Positions 13,268 to 25,717 of a DNA stretch of 64,000 nt are shown here, piece after piece (within the stretch, counting starts at the first letter, position 1; every line of letters begins with the position of its first letter). The position numbers and the translations under genes are program-made. This DNA is from Neoconidiobolus thromboides FSU 785 (Eukaryota; Fungi; Entomophthoromycota). Location of the stretch: contig MU626292.1 in assembly GCA_025603075.1 (NCBI GenBank), positions 1-64,000 of the forward strand. Direction: 5' to 3'. The notes below the pieces were generated by a model. The model did not search any database, was not told the DNA's origin, and was given only the letters and a program-made list of their open reading frames with translations.

Positions 13268-14949
13268 CCAGCAAGAAAAACAGGTTTATGTAATATATGT
13301 ACCCAGTATACAGCTAGAAAAAAGTTATTTGAAAATAAAATAAACACAGTAACAAACAAAGCAGAGATAGAAGAAATTTTCAATGAAGAAGAAAAGTTAT
13401 ACAAATTACATAAATTCTGTGTTGATACTCAAAAAAACACATTTAATGAAACTATTAAAAAATTAAATAATAAAAGTTGTATAATAATTTTAGATTTTAA
13501 ACAAAACATAGAAATAAGAACAAGATCAGATTCAATAAATCTAGATCATTATAATAAATAAGCTATATTAGTATTAGGTTTTGGTGTTTTATATTTAAAA
13601 GATGATAAAACAGTAGGCAAAGTTTACTTTGATTATTTATCTGAAATATCAAATCATGATTCAGCATATGCAGGAGATTGTTCAATTGATTTGATCTCTA
13701 CAAAGCTTTTATTTAAAAAGTTTACAAAAATCAATATATGAGCAGATACAGGAAATCATTTTAGATTCCAAGAGTTCCTACATTGTATGTTTAAAAAAGA
13801 AATTCATAAAATAAATAGTGGTTTAAATACTGATCTTGATTTTTTTGCTGAGCATCATGGAAAAAGTATAGTTGATAGTCATTTTGGAAATCTTTCAAAA
13901 TGGAAAAGTAGTTTCGAAGTATTAGGTAAAATAGGAGACATTAATCAATTAATTTCAAGATTCGAGACTTTTGTTTACGAGCATAATAAAATTAATAACT
14001 CGACTGTTAATAATGGGAAAACAGATATAGTTTTTAAAAAGTATGAAAAAAACAGAAATACAAAAAGAATAATAGAGATGCGAGGCATTAAGAAGTGTTT
14101 ACACTTTATTAAGCATAATAATAAACTACACTGTTATCCAGTATCTGATACATAAAAAAAAGCGATATAGTTTCAATTAAAGTTATAGAGTCTATAGAAA
14201 ATAGAAAATTAAAAGATCAGTTCCAGCTTACCTTACGAAAATAACAGAGAATTTAAAAATTTCAATATTTACTAAGTAGTTTGTTAAATATAGAAATAGA
14301 TTGTTAAATGTTAAGATCACTTAAGTCATTAATAGCTAAGTCAATAAATAGTCAAAGAACAAGTAATTGTAATAATATGTAAAAACTATTATTACTTGTA
14401 CTATGTAGGGATGGTTAATTATAACTTTGGGTCCAACCACTCCCTCCCATGGAGCTATTTATTAACTTGGAAATATATTAATAATGTAATTATAACATTA
14501 AAATAGTTTATTTATTTGGTAACAAATCTACAATGTTGGTCATAAAGCAGTTAATAATAAATATTTCATAACAAAGTTTTATGAGAATATGTATTCAAGA
14601 TCTAGTAGAAATTCAATTAACTTACAGTACAAACTATAATAGAATGATTTAGAACTGTGTCCGGGTACTTTTTTTAATAAAAAAATTGCTTTTATAGAAT
14701 TTTAAGCGAAGTTTTTAAAATACAAAATATTTAAAAATTGGATAAAATAATGAAACTAATTTAGACAACCTCATATATTAAAGCATTTAAAAAATTATAG
14801 AAAAAGCTACTAGGCATCTGAAAGGGTTAGTAAAAAAAATTTCACTGCTATTTATAATAATTAAATTTTCAATTTTATAGTATAAATATAAAAGTTCATA
14901 AAAGTGCTTCAATAAACAGTCTGAAGTCAATAAGCTTTAAATGATATAA

Positions 14950-15770
14950 ATCACTTGATAAGCTTTATTTGAGTGAGTTGTATAAAAAAAGCTACATTAG
15001 GCCTAAGGGTATATTAAATAAGAAAGCAATAACAGTGCATTATATAGCCAAATAAGTTATGCTTTGTCATTATTAGTTATAATGGGAAAGGCAGAGTAAT
15101 CAAAATGCTTAGAGAATACTACTATGAAAACAATGAAATGAAAATACTAGTGGGGTAATGATTTAAGGCTATTTTTGGGCTAACAGTTTCAGACTAATTT
15201 CAATAATTAGGGAGCTGCAAATCAAGAGAAATAGATTAATATTCTAGTTCAATTCTTCCATCTTTGATTTTTAAACTTGGCTGCCAAGTCATAAAAGAGC
15301 TCTATCTTCCAAAAAAAAGTAGTTCTACCTGGTATATGGGTGCTTATGCTAAGTGGTGGAAGGAGACCTACCAAATTTGTAGTTTTAGGTATTAGCCTAC
15401 TCAAAACCCAGATTTAGATCCTATTGAGCACATATGGTAGGCTCTTAAGCATTAACTTGAGCATCAAAGGGGGTTAAAAATCAATATTGAAACCAACATT
15501 GAACAACTCAAGGTCATCTTGGAGCAAGAGTGGGATCTAGTGATCATTGAGCTTGTAGAGCATTTAGTAGCTAGTATGCGGTTTTGATGCCAAGCAGTAG
15601 TTTAAGCTGGTGGCGATCCCACCAAATATTAAAGCTTTCTTTAGCAATATTTTAATAAAATTTATATGATATAAGTTATTTTTATGCTTTCAAGTAATTT
15701 TTTATATATAACATTTTAACTACAAAGTTTCAAAATAAATTTTGTACAAAACTGGTTTAGTATGCTACTG
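14950..15770 (+). mobile_element. Decayed Tc1/mariner transposon (transposase C-terminal half plus right end)
   Basis: Reads YAKWWKETYQICSFRY*PTQNPDLDPIEHIW*ALK...EQEW...LVASMRF*CQAVV*AGGDPTKY* (stop 15630-15632), matching the Tc1 WPxxSPDLNPIExxW and RCxAVxxAxGxxTKY motifs. Right end ...TACTG|TA at 15770. The left boundary is approximate; a weak left-TIR candidate lies at ~14625. Confidence 0.85.
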
Positions 15771-16159
15771 TATTTTATATCAATTGGATTAACACTTTTT
15801 TGAAATTCAACATTCAAGGATTAATTTGATTTAAACCATGCAAGCAGAGCTTGTGGTTTTATTTTGATACAATATCATATGTAAACAGAGTTTTTCATAG
15901 CTGAATTTTAATTAACGACAATTCAATGAGCTTTGGTCACTCATGGTAGTTAAGTGGTCAAGTTATTGAAATTATAAATAAAGATTAATTTAACAAAATT
16001 TTACACGATCTCTGATTTTATATATGAAAAAACTCATTCCAATCAAAAAACTCTTCGAAATAAATTTCATGACATCAACTTTTAATTTTTTTTATCTAGA
16101 TCACCAATTTTTAAAAAAATTCAATCTTTCTGTTTTTATTTCATCAAAAAGTGAAAAAA

Positions 16160-17387
16160 ATGATATCCCAACTTTTCCGTCGCACTGTTCTTCCAACCGT
16201 TTTACAAAAACCATTAGCACGTACCTTTGTTACTACTCGCTCCCATTTCATTCCCAAAGTACAAGCTTTAGCCCCAAGTTTTCAAGGTGTTGCTGTTCAA
16301 GATAAAGAGTTTAAAACGATTAAATTGACCGATTATAAAGGTAAATTCGTAGTCTTGGTATTCTATGTAAGTTTTTTATGTTAGATTTTTATGATATGTG
16401 CCAATAATATTGATTTTTAAAAATTTAGCCTTTGGACTTTACTTTTGGTAAGTTGAATTCGAAGACTTGAAATTTGGAATTAAGATTGATGTTATTTTTT
16501 TTCTAGTTTGTCCTACTGAATTATTGGCTTTTAGGTAAGCTGATTGCTTGGACTTTAAGTGTAATAGAACTAATTTTTTATAGTGATAACATTGAGAAAT
16601 TTAAAAATTTAAATTGTGAAGTTATTGGTGTATCTACTGACTCTCATTTCTCTCATTTAGCTTGGTGGTAATATTTAGTTTACTTTTTTATTTTTTTTAT
16701 AACTAATTTATATTATTTAGTAATCAACCACGGTAATTAATGCTATATTATATGTTTTTACAAAATAGAAATATTAATACTGATTTGTTATAATTAGTAA
16801 TGAAGGTGGATTAGGGGATATTAAGTAAGTTGATTAAGCAATTAGTTTTAAAAGTAGTTGATTTTAATGATTTTTTATTTAGAATTCCATTGTGTGAGTA
16901 TCTATAAATTTAAATTTAAAACAGTTTATATTAATATTATAAAGTATCCGATAAAACAATGGAAATTAGCAAAAATTACAATGTATTAATTGAAGATCAA
17001 GGAATTTCATTAAGGTAAATTATTATCCCCCATACTCCTTATAACTTATATACTAATAAATCAACATTTATATATTTTATTTTTACTATTAGAGGTTTAT
17101 TTATTATTGATAATGAATCCAAGATTCGAGTAATCCAAGTCAATGATTTACCTATTGGTAGAAATGTCAATGAAACTTTAAGATTAATTGAAGCTATTCA
17201 ATTTACTGATAAACATGGAGAAGGTAATTTAAAAAGAATTTAATGTTACAGCAGAATATAAAATACAAATGTTAATATTAATTATAATTTAATTATAGTT
17301 TGTCCAGCTAATTGGAATAAAGGAGAAGATACTATTAAACCAAATGTCAATGAAAGTAAAGAATATTTTTCTAAACAAAAACAATAA
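16160..17387 (+). CDS. Typical 2-Cys peroxiredoxin with mitochondrial presequence (AhpC/TSA); about 10 exons
   Basis: [14 protein letters not shown]|PLDFTF|[43 protein letters not shown]|VCPANW; both catalytic VCP motifs intact. Confidence 0.93.
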
Positions 17388-17463
17388 AGTAATGAAATAA
17401 ACAAAATGAAACACATAGTTATTATTTTATTATAATTATTGTATATCTTCTCTCTCTTAATTT

Positions 17464-19584
17464 TTATTTTCTACAATATAAGATTACTTTTCCATTTCTT
17501 CGATGATCATCATGCCATAAAGAATTAAAAGTAGAATAACATAAATGATAATCTTTTTTTAATATTAGTTCTTTAACCTTTGGATTTTCTATTAATAAAG
17601 CCTCAAATAAGACTAAGTGAGAGGGCCAAAAGTAAGTAAATTCTTGAGTAGAATTTGTTTTAGGATAACTTTTAGTTTGTATTAAATCGATTTCATCTTG
17701 AAAATTGTTAATTATAAATTTATACGGATCTTGATAAAATACATCACTAATATCTTCATGTATTCCTGTTAAATGGTAGTTAATTAATTCCGATTTACTA
17801 AAACAAAAAATAAATAAATAAATTTAATATTGTTATAATAAGTAAATAAAATAAGTAAATAAAATAAGTAAATAAAAACTTACGTTAATGGTGGATTACA
17901 AGTAATAAACCACATTGGAATAGTTGCCATTAAAGTAGAATAATAAGGAGTAGAATGACAAGGCATTAAAAAACCAATGGAGTTAATAGTAGTAATATTG
18001 TTTCTTAAATAAGTCATAATGTTAATTACACCTACTTGATGATACAAATTTAAATAAACAACAATTAGAAAATTTGTTATTGTCAATAAAATAATTAATT
18101 GTTTCTTATTATTTATACTTGTAATAATCTCAGTTGTATCTCTCATAAAATTCATTATCCCTTTAATTAAAAATATTAACATTATATAGTGAATTTGATA
18201 AATAAAGCGTAATTCTTTATGTGAAACCAAACTATATTGTATTATCACTAATAGTATACAACTTAATAACAATTTCTCATTGAAATTAAATAGACTCTTT
18301 CTTAAATAATATAAAAAATAAATAAACGGTCCACATAACCCGGGTAATCCTAACAATAAATAAAAATACCATTGATTAACACCATAATGATTGGCTATCT
18401 TATGTTCAATATTGAACTTGTAAAAATTATAAGGAATAAATGTAAGTTGTTGATAATAACAGTAATCGATTAATAGCATAACTATTATATAAAACAATCT
18501 ACGTGTTAAATTTGGTTATTATGTACTATTATAATAGCATAATGAAACTTACACAATAACTATTGTTGATATCGAAATTCTCTTAAAACTCAAATAATTC
18601 GGTCTATTAAATAATAAATGGCATCCTAAACACAACCAAAGTATTACAGAAGTTGGACGAATTAAACAAGTTAATCCAGCTAATGATAAAGACAATTCAT
18701 ATGTACTAGAATAATATTAAATAACTTTGGTATGAATTATGCAAATATTCTATTATTACTATTTCTTCTTCTCATTAAAACTTAACATTGGCCAATAATA
18801 TAGAGCAATAATAGTCAATATACCTTCAATATTATTAGGAATTAATCGACAACTTAAGTAAAGATTAAACCAATTTGTTAAAGTAATGAGTAACTAAAAA
18901 AACGGTAGAATATTCTTATTAAACGAATTAAAGCAAAATAATAAAAAATATAACTTACAGCCCATAAACTTGAATTGATACCAAATAATTTAATTGAAAG
19001 TAATATAACATAATAATCTCCCATGGCTGCTAATAAGCTTTGAGTTACTTTTGGTAAGACCAACTAAAGTATAAAATAATAATGTCTTGAATAAAAAAGT
19101 AGTTAAAAAGAATTAAAGAATTTATTACCAACCATTGTTGATTCCAGTTGAGTAGATTTATGAGTTTAAATTGAATGACTAATAACCATGGATAAAAAAA
19201 AGAACGTAATTGATAAGCCCATTCCCAAGTTAAATAGCCATAAGTAAAAGATTAAATAAAGTTAAAGATAAAATAGAATGATATATAAAATAAATAGTAA
19301 TAATTTTAAATTATTCTATCTATTTATATTTACAATAAATCAATAATAAAAAAAGGATATCCATATGTATATTCAAAAGCTATTTCATAGCTTTGCCAAT
19401 ATTCATCCGCTATAAAATACGATTTTGTTAAATAAGAGTTGAGTAATCGATAGATAAATATTCCTAAAAATAGGAAGACTTTAACATTTCTTGTTAATTT
19501 TCGTTTATTAAGTTTATTGCTTTGAGTTGAAGTTGAGTGTTGAACTTTAAATAATTTGGATTTGGCTATTTTCCTATTTTTCAT
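17464..19584 (-). CDS. GPI10: GPI mannosyltransferase 3 (PIG-B), multi-exon
   Basis: TKSYFIADEYWQSYEIA, YGYLTWEW, HYGVNQWYFY, SHKELRFI, FLMPCHSTPYYS, FITCNPP. Confidence 0.9.
17838..17876. repeat. 13 bp tandem repeat x3 (ATAAGTAAATAAA) inside a GPI10 intron
   Basis: Read directly. Confidence 0.8.
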
Positions 19585-19811
19585 ATTATTAGAATACTCA
19601 AATTTAAAAAAAAATAAGAGTGACGAGAAAAGAGTTCAATTCAAAATTGTAAAAAAGTCAAAAATTTCAAAAATTTCAAAAAAACTCAAAAATTAATATT
19701 CAAATGTATTGCTTGTTTTTTTAATTTTCCAATAATACTTCATATGAAAGCTTAAAAAGAAACGGGTTCTCTATTGAAAATAAACCTCAAGTAAGCTTAA
19801 TTTTCAATTAT

Positions 19812-22800
19812 TTAAACTAAGCTCTCCGGAAATCCAGAAAACTCCACAACTTCCATTATATTTTCACCATTGATATTAAATCCAATACGAAGTCGAAGAC
19901 GAATAGGCACCTAATTTATATAAAATATAAATTATAAAATATAAAAATAATATAAAAGCATGTTAATAATCTCCTTACCTTTGATGGATTAGCCACTCTA
20001 AATAATTGAGTTACATTACCATTTGGAGTTATTTCACTAGAACTTGGTGGTTGTAATTGTACTCTTTGAGACTAATAAAAAATGAATTAAATTAAATGAA
20101 CGTATTAATCCTATCTTTCCTTCATATTAAACAAACAATCTACTTACCTTAGGTACTGCCACTTGAAATTGTAATTGATTAATTGAACTTCCACTTTGAT
20201 TTTGAAATTTCGTTAATATATTCATCACATTGGGGTTACTATTATCTTTTTCGGGTGATAAAGTAATTATCAACCCTTTTTTATTATAAGCTAAATAACC
20301 AGTATCTGTTTTGTATTATTATAATATTAATTATGCTATTTCTGTTAATTGAATAAAATAAAAATTTACCTTTTGGACTTGTGTTATTTGATTGAGATTG
20401 ATTGGATGAATTTAATAAATCCATTACATTATTAGTTGATGATGATGTCATAGTTGATTGAGTATTAGTATTTAAAGAAACATCACCTAATAAATCCACT
20501 AATGAATTGGTGTTTGTATTACTTGAAGATTGTATTGGAGATGAGGTTGGGTTTGAATCACCCAAAAGATCTAATAATAACTAAAAGATAAAATTAAGTA
20601 TTATTGAGTTGATTTTTAACTTGTTAATAATAAACAAACTTACATTAGCTTCTGAATTTGTATTTGTTCTACTATTTCCATTTTGTTGTTGAGATCTTTT
20701 TCTTTGGGATCCTATAGTCTTCTTTTTATTAGCTCTATAAGCTAATCTAGATTGATCGATCATTTGAGCTGGCATAGGTTCAAATACAGCAACTCCAATA
20801 TCTCCAGTTTTTAATATATTAAGATATTCCAAAGCTCTTTGTTGAACTTCTACATCCGAAGACCTAGTAAAAGATCTTAAAAGAGAAGCGATACGTTGAT
20901 TTAATTCATTTGAATTCATTTGATTTGAAAATCGAGATGTCAATTTCATTAATGAAGTTACTAAATATTGTTGAATATTCGAATTTCGATAAGCTAATTC
21001 ACTTTTACTGATCGTTTCTAAGCTAAAAATTACTTGTTCTGGTGTTGGCTATTAATTTTTATTAACACTCTATTTTCTATTTTCTCATTTTAATAATAAT
21101 AAACTTACAATTTTTCCATTCTCTTCATTATTCATATCGGATCCTTGAATTAAATCTTTAGCGAATTCACCAACGGTCCAAACAGCTACTAAAACCAAGG
21201 ATTCCTAAATAAACTATTAAAATTCATTTATCCTTTTAATAAAAAATCACTTACTTGAGTTGAATCCTGTTCAAGTGCATTAAATAATTTCTTGGCACTA
21301 TACTCATGTAAATCTCCAGATTGAGAAATCAATCTTGTTAAACTAGCAACAATATCTTCGTTAACAAAATTTCCTGCCAATTTAAGAACTCGAACAATTG
21401 TATCAATATGCCATCTTCTATTTGGTGCAAATCTTTCTGCAGCTACACAAATTTGTATAGCTGTATCTTGTTTTAGTTCATTATCTGCTGATTCTAAAAA
21501 TACTAAGATTTCTCTCGTTAATACCCGTATATTATTTTCATCAATCAATGCAAATGCTAAATCTAAGGCTCGTCGACGAATAGAAATATCCGGATCAGAT
21601 AAGCATTCCAAAATAGTATTAAGGTGGCGTTGGACAGCTGAAATATCCATAGCTACTGCTTTTTGTAATGTGGTTAAAGCAACATATCTATAAAAGTAGG
21701 GTTATAAGCGGTTAGTGAAAGAGAGTTGATACTATAAATTACCTAGTGTTGTTGTCTTTATTAGCTAAAAATTTACCAAGGATATTGATAGCCATTAAAC
21801 GTAAATCTGAATCCGATTCAATATCCATAATAGTAACCACCGTTTCGTAAAGAATTGAATTACCAGCATTTTTAGAACTATCAGTATTAGTAGCTACCTA
21901 GTTGTTAATTATTAGTTTATTTATTAATTCTATTTTATTTTATTAACTGTTTTGTTAAAAATTAAACTTACTTGAGCTAAAACATCATTCATAGACTCAC
22001 TTGCATTCACATCATTTTCACCAAGTATTTTTAATAATTTTAATATTTTAACTTGAAGGAAAGGATCGGTAACCCCATTAACATCTAATTCAGGTAAAAA
22101 AGAAGAAGTAGTTGCTAATGCTTTTAACCGACGTACTAATACTGGAATAGCCTAAAAAATAAATTATTATTATTATCATTATTATTATCATTATTAGCTA
22201 TTATTAAAAACATACTTGTTTGAATTTTCCAATAATATCTTCATTAATTTGACACATTTCTTCAATTAAAGTAACTCCAGTTAACATAACTCCATGACTT
22301 TTATCTTGAATTAAAGCTAAACTTTTTTCAATATATTGTTCATAAAGATCAGGTACTTTATTAATCACTCGAATAGCACATAAAGCTGCCTATTGTAAAA
22401 AATTGAAAATTGTATTGATATTTATCAAATATTAAAAATAAGTTACCTTTTTCCTGATATATGAATTTGAACTCTCCAATAACTTTTCAATTTCATCCGT
22501 TAAATCTTGAGCCACTTCTTTCGATGCAATATTACCTAATGTCGATAATGCCAACCCAACAATATACATATTGGCATGATTCATATCACTAAAAAATAGC
22601 ATTAATCCAAACTTAAGCCCTATCTAGTTCATTCTAACTTACTTTTTCAAAGAATTGGTCACCAACGTCAATGTCTCTTGATTCTCATCAATTAATAACG
22701 AAATCCCTAAATATCCAAGTCTTTTATCCGCATATCGACCAGATGCTACCAATTTTAAACATTCAATTTGACCAAAATGAGCTGGGTAACCAAGCATATG

Positions 22801-23025
22801 AATGTAGAGTAATTTAGATACATTAGCTAGTCGTATATCGACATGTTCTTCTTTAAATGCTGTTCGGAGATAGGCACTCTCTTTTTGGATCACACTACGT
22901 TCTTCAGCCGCTGTTTTACAGCTACGGATGGCGCGGATGAGTTCTATTGAAAAATGGACGAATTAGTGGGATAAAAGGCAGAGAATGGATTGATAGGGAT
23001 TACCTTTTAAACTTCCATAACCCAT
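19812..23025 (-). CDS. APL4: AP-1 adaptor complex gamma subunit, multi-exon
   Basis: [64 protein letters not shown], and a C-terminal gamma-ear domain (FQVAVPK...[10 protein letters not shown]). Confidence 0.93.
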
Positions 23026-24005
23026 TTTTTTAAGTCAGTTTATTTTTTCAAATTAAGAATTGAAATTTAGAAGCTTTTTGTATTATATTTTTAGTTATTA
23101 CATAGTTCTATTATTTTCAATGGAACCAATCATCTATTGAAATTTAAGAGATGGATATTAAATAAGCCATTTTTTAACACGCAATTGAATTGCTAGTTAT
23201 TTTTATATATAATAATCAAAACATTCAATTGATTTTAATAATTGAAAAAAGTAAAAAATAAAATTCAAAATTCAAAACTAAAGCAATTCGATTTGTAAAC
23301 TCTTTAGACCAAACTATACCACAACTCTTCAATACTCTAATTTTCAGAAGTACATATTTAAATGTCCATATCTAACGATACTAATAGTCTTCTCTACCTT
23401 GAATAAAAATAAATTGCTTATTAGCCAAATAGCTCTAATATTCAAGCAGCCTATTGTTATTGTAATCAATATTGAATAATTGTCACAAAGATGGGATTTA
23501 ATAAGTCCAATTATCAAGTTCATTAAGTCTAGACAACTCCGTTTTCAATTGATGAAAAATTAGGCTTATAAGATTTGAAATTGAGTGAAGAGCTAGACAT
23601 TAGTTTTAGTTTTATAACCAAATATAGTTTCTTTGAATTTTTTACTGTCTTCAATGATATCTTCTATTTATGATAATCATGGTAGTTATCAATATTAGTT
23701 TTTCATTTAATGAACTATTCATTGTTTAATTTAACTTGATTACTATTTTTTAAAAAAATAACTATATTAAGTAACTAATTAATAGTGGTCATATTAATTT
23801 GGTTTACCAACTCATTCTAAATAAACAAAATAAGAAATAAAAAACAAATAATAGAAAAGATCAATTGTACGAATCTAATTTTTAGTGACACTATATTCAA
23901 TCTTATAGCTTTATTATTTTGATCTCAAGCATGCCTATTTCTATTAACTGTATCAACTCTATTTATATAAACTATTCCAACCTATTATACCAATCTCCTA
24001 CTCTC

Positions 24006-24767
24006 CTATTTCCCCTTCTTTAATTTATAAATCTCACACGGTGCATCATTTACATTATAAGGTGGAGGTAATTTACTTTTATTAATCTTTGTTACACTAA
24101 ACCCAGTTTCTTTCGCTCTTTTGACAAAAGTTTCAACTACAAAAGGATCTCTTGGTTCCAAAGAAATTAAAATTATAGTTTTTGAATCAATAACAATCTT
24201 ATCCAAAGTTTCTAAAAAGAATTCTAATATATTAATATCATAGATACAGTCAGCTGCCAAGATATATTTAAAAGGATATGTTAAACTTAACTTTTGGTAT
24301 CTTTCCATGTCTTTTTGATCTCCCCATACTAGACGATCAACTATCAATAATGGATTCAAATCCAATTGAGAAGTTTGAAAATAATCACAATTCCTTTTAA
24401 TTACCATCTCCACCTCTTTCTCCTTCTCCTCAATCTTGGGTATTAAACTAATATTTAATTTTGCATTCAATTTTAATAAAGAAACAATATGTTCTTGATC
24501 TGTAATAATTGTACTTAAGCCTAAACTACTGGTTAATATACCACTTAAACCTGTACCTGCTCCAAGTTCAAGCACATAATCAGTTGGCTTTATTTTACTA
24601 TTTTTCTTCAATTGATAGAAATATAAAGCTAAAACTTTAGATGAATCCCACAAGGTGGTACCATGATCTAGACTATCATTATGTTGATGAATCATATACT
24701 GTTGTCCGCCTATCCAGTATTCTACTGTAGTGAGGTGCTTTGTGCAAGTGAGGGTTGGGGTGGTCAT
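24006..24767 (-). CDS. Protein-lysine methyltransferase, METTL21/Efm (Methyltransf_16) family, intronless
   Basis: HGTTLWDSSKVLA, VLELGAGTGLSG, ITDQ, LVWG, ILAADCIY. Confidence 0.88.
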   Translation of the reverse strand: MTTPTLTCTKHLTTVEYWIGGQQYMIHQHNDSLDHGTTLWDSSKVLALYFYQLKKNSKIKPTDYVLELGAGTGLSGILTSSLGLSTIITDQEHIVSLLKLNAKLNISLIPKIEEKEKEVEMVIKRNCDYFQTSQLDLNPLLIVDRLVWGDQKDMERYQKLSLTYPFKYILAADCIYDINILEFFLETLDKIVIDSKTIILISLEPRDPFVVETFVKRAKETGFSVTKINKSKLPPPYNVNDAPCEIYKLKKGK

Positions 24768-25717
24768 TCTTTTGAAAAATAAAGTTGAAGTTGGAATGAA
24801 TTATTTTCGAAATTTCAAAATGAAAAGCAAAATGAATTTTCAATCAAACTGTTGAGCTTTGAAGTTTTTGAAAAATTTATTTTGATTTCGTTTTTAAATT
24901 TTTATTAAAAATTCAACATGGCTTTAATGCTTATTTTGTTCATAAAGTTTTAATATGATTTTTCCAATTTAATCTAGCAAAAACTGATCATTTAAAAAAT
25001 TACTCAACATGATTGATCAGAATAAGTAATTTTATGAATACTAATAATCCCTTATTTGACAAGTTTTAACTCAGAATTTCTTTAAATAACTCTACTAATA
25101 AATGTTAATTTCTAATAAGTCTAATATAACTCAAAGAGTATGAAGGAATAATTAAAATTTGATATAATTGCTTAAATTTTATTATAAAGAATAAAGAGAT
25201 CAAAGGCTTATAATCCTTTACAAATTTAATGTATAATAGATAAATATAAAAATTTCATTAATGAAAAGGTAGAGTAGAATCTCATTAATTATAATAGTAT
25301 TATTGAGATAAATAGCACAATTAGATAATCAACTGGTAGTATTAAATAACTATTGATCAATTTTTAAGATCAAAAAACAAAAAATTAGGACTAAATAAAG
25401 ATATTTAATAGAACACTATAATTTAAAGTGAATAACATTATATTAAATAAAATCTGATCTTTAAATTCCAAATTGTATGATATTAATAATTTTATAAATA
25501 ATAGCTATTTTTACCTTTATTAAAAATAATAACATAATTGATGGTAATATTGAAAATTTTACTAACTCAATATTAGACTATAAAAATTTCAACTAAATCG
25601 AATTGATTACATCTCAAAAGTTGACTGGGAATTTCATCATAAAGAAATTTAAAAATTCCCAAGTCAAAAGTGTTTATTTTTTTATAACTTTTGACATTCT
25701 ATAAATATTTAAAAAAA

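Larger units (their letters stand above)
12230..14155 (+). pseudogene. Sola-like (Sola2-type) DDD transposase pseudogene, interrupted by two MITEs and a solo-LTR-like insert
   Basis: After removing the inserts the frame reads ...VGRSTFLKYIPSNFKNPARKTGLCNIC...IILDFKQN...NI*ADTGNHFR...FFAEHHGKSIVDSHFG. This gives a DDD triad with HGKxxxD. In-frame stops at 13559 and ~13739. The family assignment is from my memory of motifs, not a search. Confidence 0.75.
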
